Assembly: GCF_006345805.1 (NCBI RefSeq)
Contig: NC_043025.1
Coordinates: forward strand, 7,192,001-7,256,000
Length of the DNA stretch: 64,000 bases
Direction of reading: 5' to 3'
From: Octopus sinensis
Lineage: Eukaryota
This document shows positions 37,805 through 50,063 of the stretch, piece by piece (position 1 is the first letter of the stretch; each line of letters opens with the position of its first letter). The notes beneath the pieces are model-generated. The model was not told the DNA's origin. It saw only the letters and a program-made list of their open reading frames with translations, and ran no database searches. Made by a program: the position numbers and the translations under genes.

Positions 37805-38275
37805 TGTGTTTTGTGTCTGTGCTGGACAACTGTTGTTGGTGTATCTACATCTCCGTAACCGAGCAATTTGGTAAAGAGATCAAGAGAATAAATACCAGGC
37901 TTTCAAGGGGAGGAACTGGTATCTCAAAGAACAGACCCCCACCCTTCCCCCAGTGTTTCTTCTGCATGTCATAAAAGGTGACTAAATGTGGCTGCAGTAG
38001 GATTTTGCCCTCTTGACCCTCATAAAATCCTCACAGCAATGCTTATCCAAATAGATGCAAGGTTGGGAAGGTGTGATGTAGGGCTGAGTGATGTAGGGCT
38101 GTCACCTGCTAGGAATGGCAACAAATGGTGGCTGCAGCAACAGCTGGGGTCGATTCGTTCGACTGAGACCCTTTGAAGCATGGCATGGGCCCGATGACTG
38201 AAACGACTACAAGATAAAAAAACGGGGAATAAAGTTATTGACAAAGGGCAGCCTTGCCCTCTGGTTCATACTTAC

Positions 38276-38385
38276 TTAACACAGGCATCGTATTTAGCAG
38301 TTTCTGGGACGGATTTCTTCCTTTTCAATTTGATAGCCATAACAGCCGCTTTATCGTCAGGGATCAAATTATACTGCCAGTTCAC
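38276..38385 (-). CDS. CD109: CD109-like TEP exon
   Basis: cttttccgatag| and |gtaagt; 110 nt, phase 0-2. VNWQYNLIPDDKAAVMAIKLKRKKSVPETAKYDACV(K); phases are compatible with both neighbours. Confidence 0.87.
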
Positions 38386-38982
38386 CTATCGGAAAAGACA
38401 GGATCAAAGTAAATTATGTGTGAGTGTGTGTGTGTGCACATGTGTATGTGTGTGTGTGTGTGGTGTTTGTTTGTCTCTCTCTCTCTCTCTCTCTTGTCTT
38501 TTACTGGTTTCAGTAATTGGGTTGTGGCCAAGCAAGACAAAAGAGAGAGTAAAGAGTATATGTATACATATCACCATGACCAACCAGGCTATCAGATGTT
38601 GCTACACATCGCTGGTCACAATGCGCTTTGCATTGTTTTAGCCTTCAAATGACGCCACCCCGCTGGCTAAGCGAGCAGGCCAACAGAAGAGTGAGAGAAA
38701 GTTGTGGCAAAAGAGTACAGCAGGGCTCGCCACCACCCCATGCTGGAGCCTCATGGAGCTAAAGGGTTTTAGTTAAACAAATCGACCCCAGGACTTTATT
38801 TTAAGTCTGATATTTAATTCTATTGGTGTCTTTTGCCAAACTGCCCAAGGCTACTGTAGAAAACTGTCGACTGAAAAAGTCCATCACACACACACACACA
38901 CACACATCTTGCAACAGTGTCAGCACCATGCAGTGTTCAGGCATGAGTGAACTTTAGGTTAATTAAAATATATTTGTGACAT

Positions 38983-39527
38983 TATTTACATTTGACGGAT
39001 ATTTGTCCTCATCTTGTTTGTTGTTAACACAATGTCTCGGCTGATATACCCTCCAGCCTTCATCAGGTGTCTTGGGGAAATTTTGAACCTGGGTTCTCAT
39101 TCCTCAGATATTTTTCAATGTTGTTGTTATTGTTATTGTTATCATTATCATCATTATTATTATTGTTCAGGTCACTGCCTAGAATCGAACTTGGAATCTT
39201 GGGCTTAGTAGCCCATGCCCTTAACCACTATGCCATATGCCCGGGCATATGGCGTAGTGGCTAAGAGCGCGGACTACTAGCCCCAAGATTCCACGTTCCA
39301 TTCCAAGCAGTCACCTGAACAACAACAACAATAATAATAATAATAATAACAACAACATCGAAAAATACCTGAGGAATGAGAACCCAGGTTCGAAATTTCT
39401 CCAAGACACCTGAAGAAGGCTGGAGGGTATATCAGCCGAAACGTTGTGTTAACAACAAACAAGATGAGGACAAATATCCGTCAAACGTAACTAATGTACA
39501 TAATTCCTCATCTCTTAAATATAGAAC
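38983..39527. mobile_element. Head-to-head dimer of a tRNA-headed element with a hammerhead-containing tail; 14-bp TSD
   Basis: Palindromic axis CCATATGCCC|GGGCATATGG at 39242/3. Each arm has an A-box (TGGCRTAGTGG), a B-box (GTTCGATTC, intact in the left arm), an (AAC/AAT)n tract and a tail. Direct repeat TATATTTGTGACAT at 38969-38982 and 39528-39541. Confidence 0.85.
39405..39450 (+). ncRNA. Minimal type-I hammerhead ribozyme motif (Penelope-type)
   Basis: Stem I GACAC(39405-09)/GTGTT(39446-50); core CUGAAGA (39410-16); extra A; stem II GGCUG/CAGCC; GAA; A-CG-U palindromic stem III; H17=U at 39445. A mirror copy on - at 39026-39071 has CUGAUGA but GAGA and ACAU substitutions. Confidence 0.65.
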
Positions 39528-39894
39528 TATATTTGTGACATATTTCTACTGCTAAAAGGCAAATTCACAACAGTTACCATGGAAAAAAAAATTCAAACTT
39601 ATTGTACAGTGCTACCCCCTATCAGACTCCCAGACAGATTTCTAGCTCTTTGGTTGCTATCAATGAGAAACTCTGGACAGAATTCAAAAATGCTGTAGCA
39701 CTAATTAAAAGACAGTCTACAACATTGGTTGAGCTTGCACCATTAAACACAGAGATTGTAAAACATTACAGCAGTATCAGATACAAGCAGTATTTAGGCA
39801 TAAGTTAACTTTAGGTTAATAAGATATGTCTTAAAGCTACGACACAAATTAAGTCTGTCCAGAGTTGTCTCTCTTTGATATTTCTCATTGGACA

Positions 39895-40630
39895 CTAAGC
39901 TCTGCTTGCAAAGACCTGTTGGGGCAAGTGAAATCGGAATCGAAATTGAATCAATCCTGCTACCGGTTTATTCAAATAAATCAACCCTAGTAGTTATTAA
40001 TATTTTTGATGCTTGGACACTAAACTCTGCTTGTGAAGACCTGTTGGGGCAAGTGAAATCGGAATCGAAATTGAATCAATCCTATGACTGGCACCCGGCA
40101 GTTACCAGGACCGCTGGACTGACTCCTGTGCAGGTGGCAAGTGAAGAACCACCATTTCGACCCTGTGCTTGAGGAGATCCATTGAGTCAAGTACACCAAC
40201 ATCAAAATCAATGGAAACTGCAGTTGCGATCCCTGTGCCGGTGGCACGTAAAAAGCACCATCTGAACATGGCCGATGCCAGCGCCACCTAGACTGGCTTC
40301 CATGCCGGTGGCATGTAAAAAGCACTATTCGAATCGTGGCCGATGCCAGCGCCACCTAGACTGGCTCCCGTGCAGGTGGCACATAAAAAGCACCAATCCG
40401 ATCATGGCCGTTGCCAGCCTCGCCTGGCACCTGTGCAGGTGGCACGGAAAAAGCACCCACTACACTCACGGAGTGGTTGGTGTTAGGAAGGGCATCCAGC
40501 TGTAGAAACACTGCCAGATCAGACCGGAGCCTGGTGCAGCCTTCTGGCTTCCCAGATCCCTGGTCGAACCATCCAACCCATTCTAGCATGGAGAACGGAC
40601 GTTAAACGATGATGATGATGATGATGATGA
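39895..40630 (+). mobile_element. RTE family A-related 3'UTR fragment with internal duplication
   Basis: gaagacctgttggggcaagtgaaatcggaatcg occurs twice, followed by ggtggcac repeats and the ...ggaagggcatccagctgtagaaac...gacgttaaacgatgatgat tail. Confidence 0.85.
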
Positions 40631-40780
40631 TAATGCTGAATTGCTAGAAACACGTCTGGGAATCCAGCAGACAGATATGGTCTTTTTACATATTTTTACC
40701 ATAAAGGGTGAATATTTTCTCCATGGTAGCTGCAGTGAGTTAACCATTAGGAACTGAAGTATGTCACAAACGTATTTTAA

Positions 40781-41247
40781 CCCTTTTGATACCAACCCGG
40801 CTGAAACCGGCTCTGGCTCTGTAGTACAAATGTTTTGTTTCCATAAGTTCTGAATTAAGATCTTCCACCAAACCTTAGTCACAATTTATGTTCCTAACAC
40901 TAGCTTAATGATAACTAAGTTATTTTACTAAATTCTTTGTTATATTTAAAATTAATTGAGAGAAACACAGAGAATCTCAACAGAAATATGGTAACAAAAG
41001 GGTTAAAGTCACCATGATATTTTTAACCCTTTTGTTACCAACTGGGCTGAAACCACACCTGGCTCTGTAGTACAAATATCTTGTTTGCATAAGTTCTGAA
41101 TTAAAATCTTCCACCAAACCTTAGTCACAATTTATGTTCCTAACACTAGCTTAATGATAACTAAGTTATTTTACTAAATTCTTTGTTATATTTAAAGTAA
41201 TTGAAAGAAACACAGAGCATCTCAAAATAAATACAGTAACGAAAGGG
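40781..41247. mobile_element. Two tandem piggyBac-type MITEs (family 2)
   Basis: TTAA|CCCTTTTG...CAAAAGGG|TTAA (40781-41002) and 41027-41247. A related pair lies at about 56100-56460. Confidence 0.75.
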
Positions 41248-41413
41248 TTAATTAACCTAAAGAGACTGATAGAATCAGCTCCAGGCTTAACAAAAAAATA
41301 AGTACTGGGATTGATTGATTCAACTAAAAATTCTTGAGGGCAGTGCCCCAGCATGGCCACAGTCTCGTGATTGAAACAAATAAAAGATTAAAGGCATATA
41401 TATGTATACATAT

Positions 41414-41704
41414 GTGAAGGTGCAATGGCCCAGTGGTTAGGGCAGCGGACTTGCAGTTGTAGGATCGTGGTTTCAATTCCCAGACCGGGTGTTGTGAGTG
41501 TTTATTGAGCGAAAACACCTAAAGCTCCACGAGGCTCCGGCAGGGGATGGTGGCGATCCATGCTGTACTCTTTCACCACTCTTTCTTCTGTTGGCCTGCT
41601 CGCTTAGCCAGCAGGGTGGTGTCATTCGAAGGCTAAAACAAAGCAAAGCGCATTGTGACCAGCGATGTGTAGCAACATCTGATAGCCTGGTCGGTCACGG
41701 TGAT
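41414..41704 (+). mobile_element. tRNA-derived SINE family B
   Basis: Head ggtgcaatggcccagtggttagggcagcggact...ggtttcaattccc. Copies on - at 12520-12775, 34862-35235, 38575-38760 and 48610-48907. Confidence 0.85.
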
Positions 41705-43253
41705 ATGTATACATATACTCTTTACTCTCTCTTTTACTTGTTTCAGTCATTTGACTGCGGCCATGCTGGAGCACCGCCTTTAGTCGAGCAAATCGATCCC
41801 AGGACTTATTCTTTGTAAGCCTAGTACTTAGTCTATTGGCCTCTTTTGCCGAACTGCTAAGTTACAGGGACATAAATACACCAACATCGGTTGTCAAGCG
41901 ATGTTGGGGGGACAAACACAGACACACAAACACACATATATATACATATACATGACAGGCTTCTTTCAGTTTCCGTCTACCAAATCCACTTACAAGGCTT
42001 CGGTCGGCCCGAGGCTATAGTAGAAGACACTTGCCCAAGGTGCCACGCAGTGGGACTGAACCTGGAACCATGTGGTTGGTAAGCAAGCTAATTACCACAG
42101 CCATACATGTACATATATATATATATATATATATACTACACACATACATTTGCTGCTAATCCTTAAATGTTCGAATCTATTCACTAATTCTGCTTGTTCT
42201 TAAAATATAACCCTTTAATTTGTCTAACCCCTCGGTACCAAGTTAATTTGTTCGTTACTCTGTTCATTTCTTCAAACCCCGATTGTTTTAAGTCTACTGT
42301 CCCCAATCAAAATCTTCGCAGTCCGCCATTCGTTCGCGGTTCGCCCGCCCTCCCACCCCCACCACCCATACCGGAGAACACTGTTTACACCATCCTCACC
42401 GGATATCCCCTCTACCACCGCCACCACTACGTGTGTCTGTTCCTCCTACCCCTCCTCCTCAATATACTTTCTCACTATGTATTTTACCCCTGCCTCTCTC
42501 CCCCTGGACAGAAGTAGCTAGCGCTGCAGCTCATCAAACGTCCCACTTAACCTGTTATCTTATGTTCCTCCTGTTTTGAAATGTGTCACTGCCTCAACCG
42601 GCTATCTCCTTCCAGCCCCCTCCCCCACTCTTGATATCCTACGTTTTACTTCCTACTTTTCATTCTGTCTAGAACCTGCCACCAACCCTACCTGTCATCG
42701 TTTCTCTTTACCCCAAACCTTCCCCACTGGTGCTCCCCTATATTACATGCACCCCCCCACTCTCTCTCCTCTCTGCCGGAACCCTCCCCCCTGCCTCAAT
42801 GTAACGAAAAAAGGCAATAACCGATCGTGGCCGATGCCAGACCCCTCTGGCACCTGTGCAGGTGGCACGTAAAAAGCACCCACTACACTCGCGGAGTGGT
42901 TGGCGTTAGGAAGGGCATCCAGCTGTAGAAACACTGCCAGATCAGACTGGAGCCTGGGGCAGTCCCTGCTCCCCAGACCCCGGTCAAACCGTCCAACCCG
43001 TGCTAGCGCGGAAAACGGACGTTAAACGATGATGATGATGATGATGATGACATATATACGACAGGCTTCTTTCAGTTTCCGTCTACCAAATCCACTCACA
43101 AGGCATTGATCGGCCCAAGGCTATAGAAGACACTTGGCCAAGGTGCCGCGCAGTGGGACTGAACCCGGAACCATGTGGTCGGTAAGCAAGCTACTTACCA
43201 CACAGCCACTCATGTATATGTGTGTGTGTCTGTAAATATAACCAGAAGCTTAC

Positions 43254-43316
43254 CTGAACAAGAACGAAACCATTTCCAGTTACTCCAATTTCCACACTCT
43301 TTGTACTTGAAGGAAG
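43254..43316 (-). CDS. CD109: CD109-like TEP exon
   Basis: ttctcattgcag| and |gtaag; 63 nt, phase 0-0. LPSSTKSVEIGVTGNGFVLVQ fits the LP...V.(I/V).A.G.G...VQ strand before the receptor-binding domain. Confidence 0.88.
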
Positions 43317-43379
43317 CTGCAATGAGAATAACAACAATACACGTAAGTGACATATTTATAAACATTTCTCAGTCATTTT

Positions 43380-44887
43380 GGATCTTTTCCTTTTGAACAG
43401 CAGTTTTCAACACAATTTCTAGTTAACTAAACACTTTTAAACTTCGTATACTGGTAGAATGTGTTTATAAAACATCTTTTTTCTCTTGGCTTTATTGAGA
43501 AAATTCTATGGTTTCTAAGATATTTGTTGGGTTTTTTTTCTTCAATTTCTGCAATTTCAACCAATCACTGACGTATATTGAGGTGAAAACATTCTGTGCC
43601 GTATGAATATGTCCCTCGTTTAAGAAACAGGGATCTTTTTGGTTTGAAAGGCAGTTTTTTAAAATAATTTCCACGTAACTAAACACTTTTAAACTTCGTA
43701 TACTGGTAGAATGTGTTTATAAAACATCTTTTTCTCTGGGCTTTATTGAGAAAATTGTAATTTGTAAGTTTAACGTAGTTTAATTGTCACCCATAATTAT
43801 GACCCTAGTATCGATCTATTGCATTTCAATCTGTTTTAGGGTTAGGGTTAGGGGTGGGGGGAAGGGTATCTTTTTTTCTTCACAAATGTAAATAAACCCA
43901 ATCTGTTTCTTAAACAAGGGACATATTCATACAGCACAGAATGTTTTCACCTCAATGGACATCAGTGATTGGTTGAAATTGCAGAAATTGAAGAAAAAGA
44001 AACAACAAATATCTTACAAACTATAGAATTTTCTCAATAAAGCCAAGAGAAAAAGACGTTTTATAAACACATTCTACCAGTATACGAAGTTTAAAAGTGT
44101 TTAGTTACATGGAAATTATTTTAAAAAACTGCCGTTCAAACTGAAAAGATCCCTGTTTCTTAAACGAGGGACATATTCATACGGCAAAGAATGTTTTCAC
44201 CTCAATAGACGTCAGTGATTGGTTGAAATTGCAGAAATTGAAGAAAAAAAAACAAATATCTTACAAACTATAGAATTTTCTCAATAAAGCCAAGAGAAAA
44301 AGACGTTTTATAAACACATTCTACCAGTATACGAAGTTTAAAAGTGTTTAGTTACATGGAAATTATTTTAAAAAACTGCCGTTCAAACTGAAAAGATCCC
44401 TGTTTCTTAAACGAGGGACATATTCATACGGCAAAGAATGTTTTCACCTCAATAGACGTCAGTGATTGGTTGAAATTGCAGAAATTGAAGAAAAAAAAAC
44501 AAATATCTTACAAACTATAGAATTTTCTCAATAAAGCCAAGAGAAAAAGACGTTTTATACAAACAATCTACCAGTATACGAAGTTTAAAAGTGTTTAGTT
44601 ACGTGGAAATTATTTTAAAAAACTGCCGTTCAAACTGAAAAGATCCCTGTTTCTTAAACGAGGGACATATTCATATGGCAAAGAATGTTTTCACCTCAAT
44701 AGACATCAGTGATTGGTTGAAATTGCAGAAAAAAAAACAACAAATATCTTACAAACTATAGAATTTTCTAAATAAAGCCAAGAGAAAAAGACGTTTTATA
44801 AACACATTCTACCAGTATACGAAGTTTAAAAGTGTTTAGTTACGTGGAAATTATTTTAAAAAACTGCCGGTCAAACCGAAAAGGTCC
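43380..44887. mobile_element. Foldback-like element: inverted arrays of ~248-bp units around a core containing (TTAGGG)3
   Basis: About 1.6 units on the left and 4 units in opposite orientation on the right (gggacatattcat at 43918, 44168, 44415, 44662); TTAGGG x3 at 43836-43853. Confidence 0.8.
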
Positions 44888-44909
44888 GAGTTTTGTGATG
44901 ATAAGCAGA

Positions 44910-45290
44910 TATAGTAGTAGTGGTGTTGATAGCGGTGGTGGTAGAGGTATTAACAGTAGTAGTGGTGGTGGTCGTAACAGAAGTAATAGTGGTGGTAATT
45001 GTAGAATATTAGTGATGATTGTAGTAATAATAATAGAAGTGGTGGTAGTAGTAATAGTAGTAGTGGAGGTGGTGGTGGTGGTAGTAGTAATAGTAGTGGT
45101 GGTCGTAGTAGTAATAGTCGTAGTAGTAGTAGTGGAGGTAGTGGTGGTGGTAGTAGTAATAGTAGTGGTGGTCGTAGTAGTAATAGTCGTAGTAGTAGTA
45201 GTGGAGGTAGTGGTGGTCGTAGTAGTAGTAATTATAGTAGTGGTAGTAGTAGTAGTGGTGGTGGTGGTGGTCGTAGTAGTAATAATAGTG

Positions 45291-45329
<39 letters not shown>

Positions 45330-45437
45330 ATAGTAGTGGTGGTGGTGGTGGTAGTAATAGTAGTAACAGTGGCAGGAGTGGTGTTGTAGTAGTGATGGTA
45401 ATAATAGTTTTGGTGATGGTAGTAGTAATGGCAGTAA

Positions 45438-45469
<32 letters not shown>

Positions 45470-45515
45470 GTAATAGTATGGTGGTGGTGGTGGTGGTAGT
45501 AGTAGTAGAAGTAGT
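44910..45515. repeat. (GTA/GTG)n trinucleotide compound microsatellite
   Basis: Directly follows the TEP donor at 45523 on -; source of the poly-V and poly-T ORFs. Confidence 0.95.
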
Positions 45516-45523
45516 AATCTTAC

Positions 45524-45682
45524 GTCTTTATTATAAAGCATGATTGAGTTTGCGTGAGTGATGGTAGGAAAAGAATATTCGGTTCCCCCGTTCGTCTTAA
45601 TCTTCACATCCACAGCTGAATCCTTCTTCTGGCTGAAAAGCAGGGCATATTGAGTCAGAGCTGCAAGACCCATCACAGTGTC
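45524..45682 (-). CDS. CD109: CD109-like TEP exon
   Basis: ctttgcag| and |gtaag; 159 nt, phase 0-0. DTVMGLAALTQYALLFSQKKDSAVDVKIKTNGGTEYSFPTITHANSIMLYNKD completes the STQ-DT motif of A2M/TEP proteins. Confidence 0.92.
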
Positions 45683-46031
45683 CTGCAAAGAAAAAATTCG
45701 ATTTATTATTATTATTACTAATATTGTTGTTATACATACATACAAGCATATGTAATGATAATAAGTGGATGTAAACACATGAACAAAATAAGAATAAAAA
45801 ACAACAAAAACAAAATACAAATTACATGAACATATATAAACAGAAGGTACAAATTTACAAGGAGTGGCATAGGCGCAGGAGTGGCTGTGTGGTAAGTAGC
45901 TTGTCTACCACCCACATGGTTCCGGTTCAGTCCCACTGCGTGGCACCTTGGGCAAGTGTCTTCTACTATAGCCTCGGGCCGACCAACCTTGTGAGTGGAT
46001 TTGGTAGATGGAAACTGAAAGAAGCCCGTCG

Positions 46032-46076
<45 letters not shown>

Positions 46077-46591
46077 GCGTGTGTGTGTTTGTGTGTATGT
46101 GTTTGTCCCCTAGCATTGCTTGACAACCGATGATGGTGTGTTTATGTCCCCGTTACTTAGCGGTTCGGCAAAAGAGACCGCGATAGAATAAGTACTGGGC
46201 TTACAAAAGAATAAGTCCCGGGGTCGAGTTGCTCGATTAAAGGCGGTGCTCCAGCATGGCCGCAGTCAAATGACTGAAACAAGTAAAAGAGTAAAGAGTA
46301 TCCCCCCCACACACACACTAAATAAACATAGACGCACATAGAGATATAAGCATGCGCAAATGAAGACATACAATAGAAATACAAAATGGCTGACGGTTAG
46401 TAAGGAGAGACACAAATAAGTAAGAAGAAAACAAAGGACCACTGATGCAGTCACAGGAGTGTCACGAAAGAACTCTGGCTGAAATAAGATTAAGATTAAT
46501 GTAAAAAATAAATAACACCAAATATATAGTGCGTGTGTTTTTATTGGCTAAACTGGCAATATGACCATTCCGAAATATAAAAATATATAAC

Positions 46592-46643
<52 letters not shown>

Positions 46644-47354
46644 GATATATAAGGATCCCTTCCCGGAGCCTATTATCGATTTTTTTTAACAATCTGGGTA
46701 TGCCATGAGTTTCCAGGCATGAGTTCTACTCATGTGTCAAATTTCATCAAAATCGATAAAACGACCAAGGAGGAGTTAGCTAACAACTCCATAACACACC
46801 CTAAGACAAAATTTGCCACATATATAGTTGATCAAATTATTATAAATAGTAGGTGGCTATGTTTCGCCAAAAAGGAGAATTATAATCGTTACTAAATGTG
46901 ACTAGGGTGTTAATATATATAGATATATACAGGAGTGGCTGTGTGGTAAGTAGCTTGTTTACCAACCACATAGTTCCGGGTTCAGTCCCACTGCGTGGCA
47001 CCTTGGGCAAGTGTCTTCTACTATAGCCCCAGGCCGACCAATGCCTTGTGAGTGGATTTGGTAGACGGAAACTGAAAGAAGCCTGTCGTATATATGTATA
47101 TATATATGTGCGTGTGTGTTCGTGTGTCTGTGTTTGTCCCCCTAGCATTGCTTGACAACCGATGCTGGTGTGTTTATGTCCCTGTCACATAGCGGTTCGG
47201 CAAAAGAGACCGATAGAATAAGTACTGGGCTTCCAAAAGAATGAGTCCTGGGGTCGAGTTGCTCGATTAAAGGCGGTGCTCCAGCATGGTCGCAGTCAAA
47301 TGACTGAAACAAGTAAAAGAGTAAAAGAGTAAAGAGATACAGAAGAAAACTCAC

Positions 47355-47491
47355 CTGAGTAGAACGGAAACCTCCATGGCTGTTTCGCTGACGGACAAGA
47401 AAGTTATAAAACGGAATGCTTTCTTCAATTATGTTCTTGTAACTGTAAGCCAATAATATATATGCTGCCAATTCCACAGACTTCGAATCAC
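47355..47491 (-). CDS. CD109: CD109-like thioester-protein-family (TEP/A2M) exon, A2M complement domain
   Basis: tttccag| acceptor and |gtgag donor. 137 nt: (G)DSKSVELAAYILLAYSYKNIIEESIPFYNFLVRQRNSHGGFRSTQ, containing the family motifs VE.(T/A).Y.LLA and QRN..GGF.STQ. Confidence 0.92.
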
Positions 47492-47509
47492 CTGGAAAGT
47501 AAATATTAT

Positions 47510-47582
47510 AGATACATAGATAGATAGATAGATAGATAGATAGAGAGAGCAAGAGAATGAAAGAGAATGAAAGAGAGATTAC

Positions 47583-47614
<32 letters not shown>

Positions 47615-48272
47615 TTACGAGAGAGAGAGAGAGAGAGAATGAAAGAGATTAGAGAGAGAGATAGCAAGAGAATGAGAAAGAGATATATTACGAGAGAGAG
47701 AGAGAGAGAGAGAGAGCAATAGAATGAAATAGAGAGTATACGAGAGAGAGAGAGTGAAAGATAATGAAAGAGAGATTACGATAGAGATAGAGAGATCAAG
47801 AGAATGAAGAGAGATTACGAGAGAGAGAGAGAGAGAATGAAAGAGAGATTACGAGAGAGAGAGAGAGAGAGTGAAAGAGAGATAACGAGAGATAGAGATA
47901 GAGAGAGATGAGCAAGAGAATTAAAGAGAGAGCAGAGAATGAAGAGAGATTACGAGAGAGAGAGAGATGAGAGAGAGCAAGATGATGAGAGAGAGAGAGA
48001 GCAGAGAATGAAATAGGAGAGAGAGAGAGAGCAGAGAAGAAGAGAGATAGAGCAAGAGAAGAAAGAGAGAGAGAGAGAGAGAGATCAAGAGAATAGAGAG
48101 AGAGAGAGAGAATGAAAGAGATTACGAGAGAGAGAGAGAGAGCAAGAGAATGAAAGAGAGATTACGAGAGAGAGAGAGAGGAGAATGAAAGAGATTACGA
48201 GAGAGAGAGAGAGCAAGAGAATGAAAGAGAGATTACGAGAGAGAGAGAGAGAGAAGAAATGAAAGAGATTAC

Positions 48273-48308
<36 letters not shown>

Positions 48309-48328
48309 TTACGAGAGAGAGAGAGAGA
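47510..48328. repeat. (GA)n-based compound satellite abutting the gap
   Basis: gagaatgaaagagagattacgagagagag higher-order units. Confidence 0.95.
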
Positions 48329-48428
48329 NNNNNNNNNNNNNNNNNNNNNNNNNNNNNNNNNNNNNNNNNNNNNNNNNNNNNNNNNNNNNNNNNNNNNNNN
48401 NNNNNNNNNNNNNNNNNNNNNNNNNNNN
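48329..48428. other. Assembly gap (100 N)
   Basis: Run of N of standard placeholder length; true size unknown and may hide upstream TEP exons. Confidence 0.99.
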
Positions 48429-48904
48429 ACCAACCACATGGTTCTGGGTTCAGTCCCACTGCGTGGCACCTTGGGCAAGTGTCTTCTACTATAGCCCCGG
48501 GCCGACCAATGCCTTGTGAGTGGATTTGGTACTGAAAGAAGCCCATCGTATATATGTATGTACATACATGTATATATATATATATATTATATATATATAT
48601 ATATATATATCACGTGACCGACCAGACCATCAGATGTTGTTACACATCGCTGGTCACAATGCATTCGCATTGTTTTAGCCTTCGAATGACGCCACCCCGC
48701 TGGCTAAGCGAGCAGGCCAACAGAAGAAAGAGTGGGAGAAAGAGTGGTGGAAGAGTAGAGCAGGGATCACCACCCCCTGCTGGAGCCTCATGGAGCTTTT
48801 AGGTGTTTTTGCTCAATAAACACTCACAAGACCCGGTCTGGGAATCGAAACAGCGATCCTACGACCGCGAGCCCGCTGCCCTAACCACTGGGCCATTGCA
48901 CCTC

Positions 48905-48936
<32 letters not shown>

Positions 48937-49225
48937 AAATTAAAATCAAAATGAGGGTGAAAAAATTGGATATTAATTTAATAACATCAATTTAACACCA
49001 GTGGTTTAGCACATAAAAAACTGAGATTCAGTAAATATTATTAATACATAAATATGAGAGAATCCACTATGTGGATGCCCTTACGCTAAAGAGATCCGCA
49101 TGAGTCTCAACCACAAATAATTAGTGTGGTAAATTTTTCTTGAGAACAATTCTTAGTGGCTGAGACTCATGCGGATCTCACTTTAGCGTAAGGGCGTCCA
49201 CATAGTGGATTCTCTCTCATATTTA

Positions 49226-49264
<39 letters not shown>

Positions 49265-50063
49265 AGAGTTTACGAAAAAAACAAAAGACGAAGACAAGTG
49301 GTGTACAAAACAAACAGATGTATTAGTATAACGCTCAGGAATAGAAAAATCTTTTACGTTTCGAGCCTATGCTCATCTACAGAAAGGGACACAGAAAAAA
49401 AACAAGATATATATATCTATACATATATATATATTTCAACACGTGTGTAATTTTGTGTTGATTTAAAGTAGTTGGACAATTTAGTATCTCTTTTCGGCAT
49501 ATAGGCTAAATTTTTTTTTGCCCTTAATTATAATTATATATACTCTTTTTACTCTTTTACTTGTTTCAGTCATTTGACTGCAGCCATGCTGGAGCACCGC
49601 CTTTAGTCGAGCAAATCGACCCCGGGACTTATTCTTTGTAAGCCCAGTACTTATTCTATCGATCTCTTTTGCCGAACCGTTAAGTGATGGAGACGTAAAC
49701 ACACCAGCATCGGTTATCAAACAATGCTAGGGGGACAAACACAGACACACAAACACACACACATATATATATATATATACATATATACGACGGGCTTCTT
49801 TCAGTTTCCGTCTACCAAATCCACTCACAAGGCATTGGTCGGCCCGGGGCTATAGCAGAAGACACTTGCCCAAGATGCCATGCAGTGGGACTGAACCCGG
49901 AATCATGTGGTTGGTTAGCAAGCTACTTACCACACAGCTACTACTATATATATATATTTCAACACGTGTGTAATTTTGTGTTGATTTAAAGTAGTTGGAC
50001 AATTTAGTATCTCTTTTCGGCATATAGGCTAAATTTTTTTCTTTGCCCTTAATCATAATTATA

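Noticed and set aside
43836-43853. Telomere or interstitial fusion site
   Set aside because: Only three TTAGGG units, embedded in the core of a repeat element.
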